Shown here in pieces: positions 18,828 through 28,398 of a DNA stretch of 64,000 nt. The position numbers were made by a program, and so were the translations under genes. Each line of letters starts with the position of its first letter. The stretch's first letter is position 1. The DNA lies in the IMG/VR virus record IMGVR_UViG_3300043426_000266, positions 1 to 64,000 of that record. One strand, 5' to 3'. The notes beneath the pieces are model-generated. The model saw nothing but the letters and a program-made list of their open reading frames with translations, did not search any database and was not told the origin of the DNA.

Positions 18828-20866
18828 AATTTGCTTCTGCTGGGTCAGTTTCAGCTAATATTGTTAGTTATGTTCCTGCTGATAATGCTGTGGTTGTTCC
18901 AAAAGTAACTCCGGAAGTAATTAATGCTGAAACAGCCTGGGATGGGCAATATTTAAGCGGCAATGGTCCTCTTACGACTGTTATGGCAAACGGTGGTTCG
19001 GTACCTTACGCTATAGCAGGTATTAAATTTCCTATTCCAGCCGGTGGTACTTTAGACGTTGACTTTACCGAAATGGGTCTAGCAGATGATGACGTTGTTA
19101 TTTTCTCTTTACTAAAACAAGACACCACTGTTGCTCAGTTTATGGACGCTGTTATGTCTGGTCAAATTGAGATGGCTAACCTAGGAGCATTTGGTACTAA
19201 TATTTTTTCGGCTACTCCAACCGGATTTAATTTAGGTACTTTTTATCAAATCCCAGATGTAGAACCAGGCGTTTCAGTGAGGCAGAAGCCACTCCCTATT
19301 CTCGGTAAAATAACTTTATACTTTTATAGTTATATTGAATATGCAGCTATTGCCTACGGGGTTACGGTTGAAGAATTACTCGCGATGGAGCCTGAATTTG
19401 GCATGTCGGTATATGCTAACCTTAAAGTAATGATGAGTTTACCAGAAGGTGGTGTGTTCCCGGATGATTTGGAGATGCTTTTACCATATACCAATGAAAT
19501 TACCACTATGCATATATTGGTTGGTAGCGTTGATGGCACTATGCCGTATGAGTTATCAGTAGGGGAAAGATTTTCTTTAGATGCATCTACCACCACGCAT
19601 ATTTTACCAGCTGATATTAAAGATGGAACTTTTTTAAAAATAGAAGAGCCTTGTGTCTTATTGGGTAAATCTCTTAAAGCTGGTGATTACTTTTTAGTTC
19701 ACAGTAATTTAAGTGAAGGTATGGTGGTTAGATTACCAACAACAATTCCAATTGGGGAAACCCCAGCACCAGCTGGTAGATTTCTAGGTTTGAGTTACAG
19801 TTACCCAGAAAACCCAATAGAGGGCGATTGGTTTATTCAACCAGCGACATCTCCAGATTCAGTTAACTTTAACACTATGCTTGTTTTTAATGATGGTATT
19901 TGGAAAGTAACTGGTTATGTTCCACAATCACAGGGCAATGTAGATAGATTTGCAGGAATTACTTATAATTCTTCGACTAATAGAATAGAAAGCACCAGCG
20001 GCACGCCAGTAGCAGGTTGGCTTGGGGCTAGCTACTCTGCCCCTATACTTTATTCGTCAACAGAAAGAAGTATTTATTACCATCGCGGCGAATTAGCTTT
20101 AAAAGCCTCGGAGGGTGGCTCCTGGACTGATCTATTACGTAGCGCTGTAAACATAAATTATCTTAGCACCCAATATGACAATTACCCAGTTACTATGGGT
20201 TCTGTGAAAGCTGGTTTGCTTGGTGCTAAGGATTGGAGCAATATAACTAGTAAGCCAGATTATGTTATACGGCAACCCACCAACGTGTTTACAATTTTTG
20301 ATAAATATGAATACTATGCTGACCAGAGTGGCATCGCCGCACCATTTATTTTACGCGGCGCAGCTATCGAGCAGCCGCAGTGGGGTGGTGGGTTAATATA
20401 TGGACAAATGGTGCCAGGGTCGGCATTAGCTTTCTATACGTCTGGTACTGGGCTTAATGGTAAAATAGCTTCAATTGAGGTGGCTATAGATTCACACCCA
20501 GATACTAATACTTTTGTGATAAATTTTAAAAACTCAACCAACGATGTTGGAAATTTGGTTATTAATAAACCCAATCCTACTACCATAGCTTTTGGTAACA
20601 ACACCATTACAAATTCAATCTCTTTAACAAGTATAGCTAAATATAAAATATGTATAGAATTCGGTAATACCGAAACTGGTAGTGAAGCTGGTATTAAAGT
20701 TTATCTTATTTGTAGAGATGGGCTCAAGGATATTAAACACATTTTGTTTGATGAGGTCACTAATATTTCCTTCCAGTACCCTACCCCTAGTAGTTTCCAC
20801 ATATCGGCTAGTGCTGGTAATGTTGATAACATTAGAATACATTCTGTTAAGTATCAAGGATCTTAA
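18719..20866 (+). CDS. Accessory tail fibre / receptor-binding-like protein A
   Basis: Start moved from 18659 to 18719 (GGAG RBS). N-terminal fibre-anchor-like motif; followed by a chaperone-like gene. Confidence 0.55.
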   Translation: MSKITDLTSDTLIEGNELVYVVDGDADKKVTLNQVKEFASAGSVSANIVSYVPADNAVVVPKVTPEVINAETAWDGQYLSGNGPLTTVMANGGSVPYAIAGIKFPIPAGGTLDVDFTEMGLADDDVVIFSLLKQDTTVAQFMDAVMSGQIEMANLGAFGTNIFSATPTGFNLGTFYQIPDVEPGVSVRQKPLPILGKITLYFYSYIEYAAIAYGVTVEELLAMEPEFGMSVYANLKVMMSLPEGGVFPDDLEMLLPYTNEITTMHILVGSVDGTMPYELSVGERFSLDASTTTHILPADIKDGTFLKIEEPCVLLGKSLKAGDYFLVHSNLSEGMVVRLPTTIPIGETPAPAGRFLGLSYSYPENPIEGDWFIQPATSPDSVNFNTMLVFNDGIWKVTGYVPQSQGNVDRFAGITYNSSTNRIESTSGTPVAGWLGASYSAPILYSSTERSIYYHRGELALKASEGGSWTDLLRSAVNINYLSTQYDNYPVTMGSVKAGLLGAKDWSNITSKPDYVIRQPTNVFTIFDKYEYYADQSGIAAPFILRGAAIEQPQWGGGLIYGQMVPGSALAFYTSGTGLNGKIASIEVAIDSHPDTNTFVINFKNSTNDVGNLVINKPNPTTIAFGNNTITNSISLTSIAKYKICIEFGNTETGSEAGIKVYLICRDGLKDIKHILFDEVTNISFQYPTPSSFHISASAGNVDNIRIHSVKYQGS

Positions 20867-20868
20867 TT

Positions 20869-21330
20869 ATGAGTAATATATTTAATTTTAACCCCACTCC
20901 ATCGGTACCTTTAGATTTTAAAGGTAAACCAGTTAATCAAATTACGGTTGAGCTTTTAAAAGCAGGTTTCATTCCTTTTAAAAAGGGTGCTGATTTTGTT
21001 TTAATAGGTGGTGATGCGGCAGCAGCTCAACTTATCATTGATGCATATGAGGTTCCTTTACCTAATCTAACCCCTAGACAGTTTGATTTACTTCTAGGGT
21101 ATACCGGGTTATACGATGCTATCCCAGCGGCTTTAGATCACATCAAAACCATTGATAATGATCTATACCTTCATTGTCGTAGTCAGCTTGATAAAGCCGC
21201 CTTCTTCGAGTGGGTAAAGGCAATTGCACTTTATACCCAATTGAAACCCATTCTTATAGTAATCAATCCAGCTTTAGATTATACCGATGAACAGTTAAAA
21301 ACTCATTGGCTAAATGTCTACACAATGTAA
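20869..21330 (+). CDS. Tail fibre assembly chaperone-like protein A
   Basis: LPNLTPRQFDLLL..GL matches LKPLTRRQFKLTLL..GM of the main fibre chaperone. Confidence 0.6.
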   Translation: MSNIFNFNPTPSVPLDFKGKPVNQITVELLKAGFIPFKKGADFVLIGGDAAAAQLIIDAYEVPLPNLTPRQFDLLLGYTGLYDAIPAALDHIKTIDNDLYLHCRSQLDKAAFFEWVKAIALYTQLKPILIVINPALDYTDEQLKTHWLNVYTM

Positions 21331-21343
21331 AACCAGCATAACT

Positions 21344-21371
21344 AAATAGCGTCCCCTAGGGGACGCTATTT
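21344..21371. terminator. Perfect 28-bp palindromic terminator
   Basis: AAATAGCGTCCCCTAGGGGACGCTATTT; contains the whole 24-mer at 2000. Confidence 0.85.
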
Positions 21372-21444
21372 TTCTAGGGCTTTTGCCCCTTCTACTTTTA
21401 TTTCGCATTTAAGTATTTTTATGAAAATTATGTAGGATAAAGAT

Positions 21445-21553
21445 ATGTCTAAAGTAACCGATTTAACCTCAGATACACTTATAGAGGGTAATGAGTTAAT
21501 CTACGTTGTTGATGGTGATGCTGACAAGAAAGTAACACTTAATCAAATTAAAG
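21445..21553 (+). repeat. 109-bp direct repeat, copy 2
   Basis: See 18719-18827. Confidence 0.95.
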
Positions 21554-22536
21554 CCTTTACTGGTGGTGGGTCAGGTGGTAGCTCAGGTGGTGGAATCAAC
21601 GTTATTGAATATGACCCATCTTTGCATGAAGTTATAACCGATACAGTAGTTGGTACTGACTTTGAGCCGACAAGACCAAATATGGTTGACGACATACCTA
21701 CGTCTAGTTGGAATCCGACAACAGGCGCAATGGGTGTTGCAAACGCACCACAGACTGTAGCGTTACCAAACAACCAAGCTAGTTATGTTGGGTTGCGCGT
21801 GACCCGACCGTTGGTCGGTATGCGTGGTTCATTCACGATAGACGCTAGTTTGTGCGAAGATGCGTGGGGCTTTGCGTTGTTACGGTACCAACCTCTTGGT
21901 GGTTTCCCAATAGATTTGGGGTTATACCTAGCAAATCAACACTACAATACGGTGGAAGACCCAAGTTTAGCGCAGCCGAATACGTTTGGTACATTTTTAA
22001 AAGAAGATGATACTTACGAAAGACGATCTTGGGTTTCAGATATATTTACAGACGCGTATGGAGCAAGTAGGGACAGTTATTCGACTAAACCACAGGGCGT
22101 ATATACGTTCATTGTCGGCGGGATAGTAGATTTCTACATGGTAGCGGCGGGATTCACTTATGAACAAGCTGTAGATTTTTTCACAGACAATTTCCCTAAT
22201 GATGTTGAGTCAATACTGGCACGTACCATAGTGTTCAACGTAGAGCTTGGATTTGGACTAGAGTTGAAAGCCAACACACCATATTTACACTTCTTTATGA
22301 ACGCCTACCATAAAGCATCACAGACAGGTCTACACCTACTTAACCCGACATCACAACTCACTATCACTTATGATTTAGAAGAAGTTGGTAATGCACCACC
22401 TACGGAAGCAGTCGATGGAGATTTCCTACACCTACTTGGTAATGCAAAACTACTCGGTAAGGACTTAGCAAGTGGGGATTTTGTTCAGCTATACGATAAT
22501 AAAACCAAGTTTATTGTTCATAGCAATCAGCCATAG
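21445..22536 (+). CDS. Accessory tail fibre / receptor-binding-like protein B
   Basis: Same N-terminal 36 aa as protein A; Gly linker; ends with a module also found inside A; TATG 25 nt upstream. Confidence 0.55.
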   Translation: MSKVTDLTSDTLIEGNELIYVVDGDADKKVTLNQIKAFTGGGSGGSSGGGINVIEYDPSLHEVITDTVVGTDFEPTRPNMVDDIPTSSWNPTTGAMGVANAPQTVALPNNQASYVGLRVTRPLVGMRGSFTIDASLCEDAWGFALLRYQPLGGFPIDLGLYLANQHYNTVEDPSLAQPNTFGTFLKEDDTYERRSWVSDIFTDAYGASRDSYSTKPQGVYTFIVGGIVDFYMVAAGFTYEQAVDFFTDNFPNDVESILARTIVFNVELGFGLELKANTPYLHFFMNAYHKASQTGLHLLNPTSQLTITYDLEEVGNAPPTEAVDGDFLHLLGNAKLLGKDLASGDFVQLYDNKTKFIVHSNQP

Positions 22537-22545
22537 GAGTAACTC

Positions 22546-22968
22546 ATGCTTAATATTTATGGTTTAGATCAGCAACAAGTAGTAAATGAGTTGCTTAAAA
22601 ACAAGATTCTTGCAGCAGTTCATAATAATCAAATTATCATTATGAACGGCAAGGTAGAACAAGCACAGTCTGTCATTGGTCGTATGTACTACAGTATGCC
22701 AAATCTACTTCCTACACAGTTTTATTTCTTGCTTGCTAAGAGTGGACTTGATACTGCAATCGATGCGTTGCTTACTTCGTTGCAAAGTGAAGATTTAGAT
22801 AAGTATGCAACTTACAAAGCTTACTTAAATGGTGCTCGTTTTTACGAGTTTGATAAAGCAATTGCAATGCTTACTCAAGCAGGGCCGATTATTGCGCAAG
22901 CATATCCTGGTTTAGATTTATCTATTCCTACCTTAAAATCACTGTGGTTACAAGCTGCGAAGTTTTAA
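22546..22968 (+). CDS. Tail fibre assembly chaperone-like protein B
   Basis: MPNLLPTQFYFLL..SGL and A.FYEF..A..M align with chaperone A. Confidence 0.6.
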   Translation: MLNIYGLDQQQVVNELLKNKILAAVHNNQIIIMNGKVEQAQSVIGRMYYSMPNLLPTQFYFLLAKSGLDTAIDALLTSLQSEDLDKYATYKAYLNGARFYEFDKAIAMLTQAGPIIAQAYPGLDLSIPTLKSLWLQAAKF

Positions 22969-22972
22969 CATA

Positions 22973-23006
22973 AAGTTAATGCTCCCCAATTGGGGAGCAT
23001 TAACTT
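22973..23006. terminator. Perfect 34-bp palindromic bidirectional terminator
   Basis: AAGTTAATGCTCCCCAATTGGGGAGCATTAACTT between convergent genes. Confidence 0.85.
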
Positions 23007-23013
23007 GTTATTA

Positions 23014-24567
23014 TCAATTATCGAAAAATTCTTCACCACCAACATTAGAGATGTTACCCGTTAAACGATTTGTAAAACGAGGTTTACCTCCAACATCCCA
23101 ACGACAGAATCCAATCTTAGATGTTAAGTAAACACAGAACTTCATGATCTCATCAGGTTGATTACCCGGTTTACGATGTTTACCGCGTTGCCAAGTAATA
23201 TACTTCTTATCTCCAACTGTTACAAACGCTTGATAGATTTCCATATCCACTTCATTGTGCACGGTACGACAGTCTAGATAATAACCTAGTTCGCGTACAG
23301 CTTTAACTAGGAACTGTTCACCCTCACGTAGTTTGGTTTGGGCGTCGGAAGACATCTGCCAAGCAGTCATCAAAGCATACTTGTGTTTTAGAGCATGAGC
23401 TTGCAAACGTTTCATTAGATCACGTTTATCAGAGCCTGAGCCTGAACTTGCGATACATCCTTTTGTTGACATACGACCCGCATAGTCTAAAGATACGAAA
23501 TGAACTTCATATCCCATGTCTTCATACTTTTTAATAGTATCAAAGTATTCATCAACACCAAATGTAGATGCATCATGCTGCTCAATAAAACCATGGATTT
23601 TATCTTTACCAGATAACTTACCTTCCATGTATGCTGCATATTCATCTAAATCGTTATCAGTCATCCCGATAATTGAAAACTCTTTACCCGTCTCTTGCTC
23701 TTTATAGTATTTTAAAAGCTGTTGAGTATCTCCGAGGTAATTGTTCTCAATGGTGATGTGGATCGCACAAGCTTTACGTTGCTCTTCCGGCATCTTCTTA
23801 GAACGTTCTAGGATATAAGTTGGTTTGTTAAACTCAATCGCCTCAGCAAATGCGTTCATTAGACGACCAGACTTGTATGAATGACCCATAGCTGAGATCA
23901 GTACAGTCTCACCACGACGTTGACCTTGATGGTCTCCAAAGAGGTTATTCCAACCTTGTAATCCAAAAGTTAAAATACCATCTAAAGAATACTCTACCAT
24001 CCCTGCAGCAAGTGTACGGCGAATGTCAGCTTTAGATGTAAAGTCTACTGAGCCAATATAGGCTGCATTAATAGCACCCCCACGAATTGTTCGTTGGGTC
24101 ATTTCTGATAACTCAGAAAGAATCGTGGTTTCTTTTTCGGCACCTAATTCAGTCATACGGTAAGCAAATCGAGCATTATCCATATGACTTAACATTTGCA
24201 ATTTATTCTTGTACAAACTACATGTTGTTTTCAATCCCTTTAAACGTTTATAAAGAGATTTTTCATCAGTTGTTTCAATCACACTTTGAATTGATTTTAA
24301 AGTATCATCTTCACTTTTCAATTTTAATTTCAATTGAGCATCAAGAAGACTTCGGTCATAATCCTTAATGTTGAGTTGCCAATTGATAATACTCTTTAAT
24401 TCAGTAAGGACATCTGAACCAACATCTAGATTAAGAGATTTTTGAGACTTCGTAACGTCTAGGGTTTCTTTTGCAATTTGTGCTGCAGATTCAAATTCGC
24501 TCGCACTTACACTGTTACTTAAATAAAGTAAGGCGATACAGCTTGTTAGAAAATGTTTAATATCCAT
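23014..24567 (-). CDS. dnaB: DnaB-like replicative helicase
   Basis: Variant Walker A (LISAMGHSYKSG), FVSLDY Walker B, TAWQMS, RGKHR; divergent from the gene preceding the capsid gene, as in phiKZ. Start trimmed to MDIKHF. Confidence 0.8.
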   Translation of the reverse strand: MDIKHFLTSCIALLYLSNSVSASEFESAAQIAKETLDVTKSQKSLNLDVGSDVLTELKSIINWQLNIKDYDRSLLDAQLKLKLKSEDDTLKSIQSVIETTDEKSLYKRLKGLKTTCSLYKNKLQMLSHMDNARFAYRMTELGAEKETTILSELSEMTQRTIRGGAINAAYIGSVDFTSKADIRRTLAAGMVEYSLDGILTFGLQGWNNLFGDHQGQRRGETVLISAMGHSYKSGRLMNAFAEAIEFNKPTYILERSKKMPEEQRKACAIHITIENNYLGDTQQLLKYYKEQETGKEFSIIGMTDNDLDEYAAYMEGKLSGKDKIHGFIEQHDASTFGVDEYFDTIKKYEDMGYEVHFVSLDYAGRMSTKGCIASSGSGSDKRDLMKRLQAHALKHKYALMTAWQMSSDAQTKLREGEQFLVKAVRELGYYLDCRTVHNEVDMEIYQAFVTVGDKKYITWQRGKHRKPGNQPDEIMKFCVYLTSKIGFCRWDVGGKPRFTNRLTGNISNVGGEEFFDN

Positions 24568-24598
24568 AACGGATCCATTAATGTAGTGAGGCGAAATT

Positions 24599-25195
24599 AT
24601 GACAGGAATATATCCAACGGGAGGTTTTACTAATGAAGTCGTTCCATCGGTAAATATCAAGGATACTTATTTTATTCCTAACTGGTTACAGGACGCATTA
24701 GACGCCAATAATGTAACTGCGGATATTCTGGGTGATTGCGAAAAGTTAAGTAGCATATTAACTGTTGAAGATGTTAAATTCTACAATTCGCAAATCAGTT
24801 TAATTAGACAAATCTCGTCGCGTATTGGGTTGGTTCAAGATCTAGAGCCACTATTTATATACCCACATCCAACCCCGGTGGTTGAATGTCCCGAACCAAC
24901 AAACCCATTATATGAAAATACAGTGTCTGTAATAGATGCGGTTTCTCCTTTTATTAGAGAGACTTCTGATGATGCAAATAAAAACGTATTATCGGCTTTG
25001 TATCTTATTTTAAACTTTTCATTGCAGCGAGATAAAGTGTTTGTATCTTTCGGCCTAGGTGATCAAAATACTGCTATTGACAAAAATCAACAAGCGTATG
25101 AAGATCTAGCCACATTTTTAATTCGTGAACAGGGGATTAAAGTAACAGCCAGCACTCAAGTGTTTAAAAAAATACTAGAATGTAGAAGAAGTTAA
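24599..25195 (+). CDS. Conserved protein upstream of the major capsid gene
   Basis: Position equivalent to phiKZ gp119 (recalled synteny); start uncertain. Confidence 0.6.
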   Translation: MTGIYPTGGFTNEVVPSVNIKDTYFIPNWLQDALDANNVTADILGDCEKLSSILTVEDVKFYNSQISLIRQISSRIGLVQDLEPLFIYPHPTPVVECPEPTNPLYENTVSVIDAVSPFIRETSDDANKNVLSALYLILNFSLQRDKVFVSFGLGDQNTAIDKNQQAYEDLATFLIREQGIKVTASTQVFKKILECRRS

Positions 25196-25260
25196 CTAAT
25201 AAATATGAGAGATACACTCAACAATACCTAGGTACCATCCAAAATAGTGGAGTTTTTAAC

Positions 25261-27537
25261 ATGTTAAAAGTAGGTAATCGTCAAGCCAATATTATTGGAC
25301 AAGTTTTAGCCAGCCTCACCGCTGATGCTCGTTCAGAAGGTTCTTTAGCCGCGATGTCTAATGCATCTGGTTTAACCACCCGTGGTATGATTGCATTAGA
25401 ATCAGCTGATGAAGCAACAACTCAACAAATCCGTACTGCATTTAAAACAAGTCGTGTTTCAATTGAAGCATTGATGAAAAAACATTATCAACTTGCATTA
25501 GAAAGTGAAGACGGTCAAACCATCGAAGGCAGTGAAGAAGCGGGTGTTCAAGACGGTCGCGAAGCGATGTTTACACAAGCGCAATTACAAGCTGGTGCAA
25601 TCACTGCTGCTGCATTAGAAAACCCTTCTGAATATGCTGCATATGCAACTAAAGTGAACGTTAGTGGTGCTGCAGATTCTGACCCATTGTCTTCTGGTGC
25701 TTTTACTTCTGAAGTGATTGGTGAGCAGGCATTGGCCCAAGAAGCATTCGACGCCGCTAACCTTCGTGAATTCGAAGCATTCTCAATGGTGTATAACGTT
25801 TTTGCTGCGCGCCAATCGCCTTTGCAAGAAATGTTCTATCCAACAATTGCAATGACCCCGGATCAAAACGGTGTTCAAATCTTTACTCGCGTACAGGTTT
25901 ACTTCAACAATGCTCGCCACAAAAATGATGGTACTATCGAAGGTTTTGATCGTATCCCTCTTTACCAGGCTGCAAATGATCCAACAATCTTGTTGAATGA
26001 AATCACTCGTGTTTATCCAGTTTATGACGATAGCGATGTTGCCGTAGCTGCAAACTTTGCTGACCCACTTGATGTTGCTCCAACAGCTGTTACTTTAGAT
26101 GGTTTAACGTTTGAAACTGCACCTTTGCGCGTTGGTATTGAGCAAGGTTTACTTGGTCTATCTCAAGCTTCAATCGCTGGTTTCACTGGTGATATGGGTT
26201 CAGAAGATCAAATTGCGAACGGTGCACGTATCCAAGACATCTTCATTAAAGTAACAAACTCAGCGGCTGCAACTTCAATCATCAAATTCAACCTTCGCAA
26301 CTTAGGACGTACTGCGTTCTTAGAAGCTCAAGAAGGTTTGGATATGGATGTTCTTTTGAACTTCGTTAACAAGCAAATGCCTTTAACTGGTCAAACAAAA
26401 GACGTTACTGGTGCTCCTGCTGCTGCATTAGCGTTGCTTCGTCAACCAGCGTATGAGAACCACATTGCACACTTCGGTATCAACGTTACTGCGAACTTAA
26501 ACTTAGAAACCGGTTTAGTTACAGTTAACCATGCAATTGGTCAAACTCAGAAATACACACTTCGTGTAAATGCTGATGGTAATGCTGTTCGTGAACAAGA
26601 TGCTGCGGTTACAACTGCAATTCGTAACTCTATTACGAAAATCGAATTGTTGTACTGGACTCCAGACATGAACCGTACGAACTACAACTTACGTCAACGT
26701 GGTCCGTTATGTGGTACACTTGAGAAGCATGAGCGTTTTATTATTCGCTTAAACGCTCCAGTTGCTGCAATGGCGCCTTTGACTGAAACTCGTACGACTT
26801 CTGACTTTGTTGCACCAATCACTGCAGTGCGTACTCGTAACGACAACAATGCAATCACTCACTTGTTCGCTAACCACGAAGCATTAATGGCGCATACTGC
26901 ATCTTACGACAATTCACTTCCACGTCCAGAAATTAAATCTCTTGGTCGTCATGTGATGAATCCATGGGCAGATCATATCGAAATCAACATGATGGATTTG
27001 ATTACTTCAACACGTAGTAAAAACGTTGCTGAAGATTTCCGTTATGCATTCGGTAACGTGTTCCGTGAAGCGATCTACCGCGGTCTTCGTAAATCACTTT
27101 ACGAATCTTCTTTACGTTTACAAACTGGTGTTGATGGTGCTAAACCTACAATCATTGTTGGTACTAACCCAGTACTTGCAAAACACTTGAACGTTAAAGA
27201 TACTGCTGGTTGGTTGGGTGAAGGTTTCCCTTACGACGTTGTGATTGAATCTCATGAAGATCGTCGTCTTGGTGGTTATGAAGATAACGTTCATGAAGTC
27301 TTTGTTGGTTTGTCAATCCCTGGTGCACAGTGGAGCCCACACACTAACGGTCACTTCTTGTATGTGCCTGAATTGGTCACTACAATTAACACTGTTCGTA
27401 ATGGTTCTAACCAACGTGAAATCATTGTAATGTCTCGTTGTGAACACGTCAACCTTTGCCCATGGGCATTGCGTTTCACATTGAGCGGTGTTACAGAGTC
27501 GTTCACTACCAAACTTCCAATTGCATTCACTTTCTAA
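25261..27537 (+). CDS. Major capsid protein
   Basis: 758 aa, highly biased codon usage, propeptide with ALE sites and AQE-AFD at residues 159-164; synteny helicase/capsid/RNAP beta. Confidence 0.85.
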   Translation: MLKVGNRQANIIGQVLASLTADARSEGSLAAMSNASGLTTRGMIALESADEATTQQIRTAFKTSRVSIEALMKKHYQLALESEDGQTIEGSEEAGVQDGREAMFTQAQLQAGAITAAALENPSEYAAYATKVNVSGAADSDPLSSGAFTSEVIGEQALAQEAFDAANLREFEAFSMVYNVFAARQSPLQEMFYPTIAMTPDQNGVQIFTRVQVYFNNARHKNDGTIEGFDRIPLYQAANDPTILLNEITRVYPVYDDSDVAVAANFADPLDVAPTAVTLDGLTFETAPLRVGIEQGLLGLSQASIAGFTGDMGSEDQIANGARIQDIFIKVTNSAAATSIIKFNLRNLGRTAFLEAQEGLDMDVLLNFVNKQMPLTGQTKDVTGAPAAALALLRQPAYENHIAHFGINVTANLNLETGLVTVNHAIGQTQKYTLRVNADGNAVREQDAAVTTAIRNSITKIELLYWTPDMNRTNYNLRQRGPLCGTLEKHERFIIRLNAPVAAMAPLTETRTTSDFVAPITAVRTRNDNNAITHLFANHEALMAHTASYDNSLPRPEIKSLGRHVMNPWADHIEINMMDLITSTRSKNVAEDFRYAFGNVFREAIYRGLRKSLYESSLRLQTGVDGAKPTIIVGTNPVLAKHLNVKDTAGWLGEGFPYDVVIESHEDRRLGGYEDNVHEVFVGLSIPGAQWSPHTNGHFLYVPELVTTINTVRNGSNQREIIVMSRCEHVNLCPWALRFTLSGVTESFTTKLPIAFTF

Positions 27538-27559
27538 TTTTAGAATTTGCTTACAGTTT

Positions 27560-27583
27560 AAGAGAGCCCCTAGGGGCTCTCTT
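27560..27583. terminator. Perfect 24-bp palindromic terminator
   Basis: AAGAGAGCCCCTAGGGGCTCTCTT. Confidence 0.85.
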
Positions 27584-27603
27584 TTTATGCGGCTAAATAA
27601 AAC

Positions 27604-27625
27604 GAATATATATTATTTACGTGAA
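27604..27625 (+). promoter_or_regulatory. Early-promoter-like motif
   Basis: GAATATATATTATTTACGTGAA. Confidence 0.75.
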
Positions 27626-27661
27626 ACAATTATTACTAGGAAATAAAGAAGGTGGTTTGTC

Positions 27662-27886
27662 ATGCAAAGTAGATTTGACTCACTAAAAGAAATAGGTCTC
27701 AGCACGCTTGTGGGTTTAATTGGTGCAATTATCATCACTCGACTAACATTTCATTTTGTCAGTGATTTGAATTATGCTTCATTAGTTGCGTGTGGACTCT
27801 GTACCGTATGGAGTATTGTGCGAGGCTATAACTTCAGACGTTATTTTGAAAGTAAGAGAGGAAAAGGAAATGAAAATAAAGTTTGA
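27662..27886 (+). CDS. Small two-TM membrane protein of a widespread phage family
   Basis: MQSR..SL.E....G...TVWSIVRGY.FRR.F pattern. Confidence 0.7.
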   Translation: MQSRFDSLKEIGLSTLVGLIGAIIITRLTFHFVSDLNYASLVACGLCTVWSIVRGYNFRRYFESKRGKGNENKV

Positions 27887-28226
27887 AGAAATCTATAACC
27901 ATATTGAAACTATCATTTGCACAGCAGATACCCCTTATTACGATAGTGATTTTGAAGGCACTAAAATCTTCTTAGGTGAAGGTGGTTCAAACTTCATTGT
28001 AACTGATGCGGATAAAGAAAAAGTTTCTGTTTTAGTAGACAACATCAGCGAAAACTACAAACAACATTGCGTAGCTGCTTTAAAACGTATCTCCCTTTCC
28101 TTTATGGAGCCTGACTTCATCTTTAAAGTAGATGAACAGAATGGTCGTGTGTTGATTAACGATAAAGGGACGCTACAACAGTACGATGATATTTATCAAT
28201 TCAATTGGTTCTATGGGTCGAGCTGA
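27870..28226 (+). CDS. Hypothetical protein
   Basis: Start moved to MKIKFEE (AAGGA RBS). Confidence 0.65.
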   Translation: MKIKFEEIYNHIETIICTADTPYYDSDFEGTKIFLGEGGSNFIVTDADKEKVSVLVDNISENYKQHCVAALKRISLSFMEPDFIFKVDEQNGRVLINDKGTLQQYDDIYQFNWFYGSS

Positions 28227-28241
28227 TCCATTGTACCCGCT

Positions 28242-28271
28242 AAAAGAAAGGGGTATATGCCCCTTTCTTTT
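28242..28271 (+). terminator. Terminator
   Basis: AAAAGAAAGGGG-TATATG-CCCCTTTCTTTT. Confidence 0.8.
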
Positions 28272-28294
28272 TTATGCCATTTGGAAAGAATTAT

Positions 28295-28316
28295 GGGTAT
28301 ATATTATTCTCATGAA
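28295..28316 (+). promoter_or_regulatory. Early-promoter-like motif (variant)
   Basis: GGGTATATATTATTCTCATGAA. Confidence 0.65.
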
Positions 28317-28340
28317 TCAATCCATTGAAGGAAATTAATC

Positions 28341-28388
28341 ATGCGTACTAAATCAAAAACCTTTAAATCAAATTGGTTATGTTGTTAG
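28341..28388 (+). CDS. 15-aa upstream ORF (MRTKSKTFKSNWLCC)
   Basis: GAAGGA RBS; its stop overlaps the AGGGG RBS of the next gene. Confidence 0.35.
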   Translation: MRTKSKTFKSNWLCC

Positions 28389-28398
28389 GGGTTTTACT

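Noticed and set aside
24568-24660. Track start for the helicase at 24660 (and for the portal at 35809)
   Set aside because: These extensions overlap the divergent neighbouring genes; internal ATGs give compact non-overlapping layouts.
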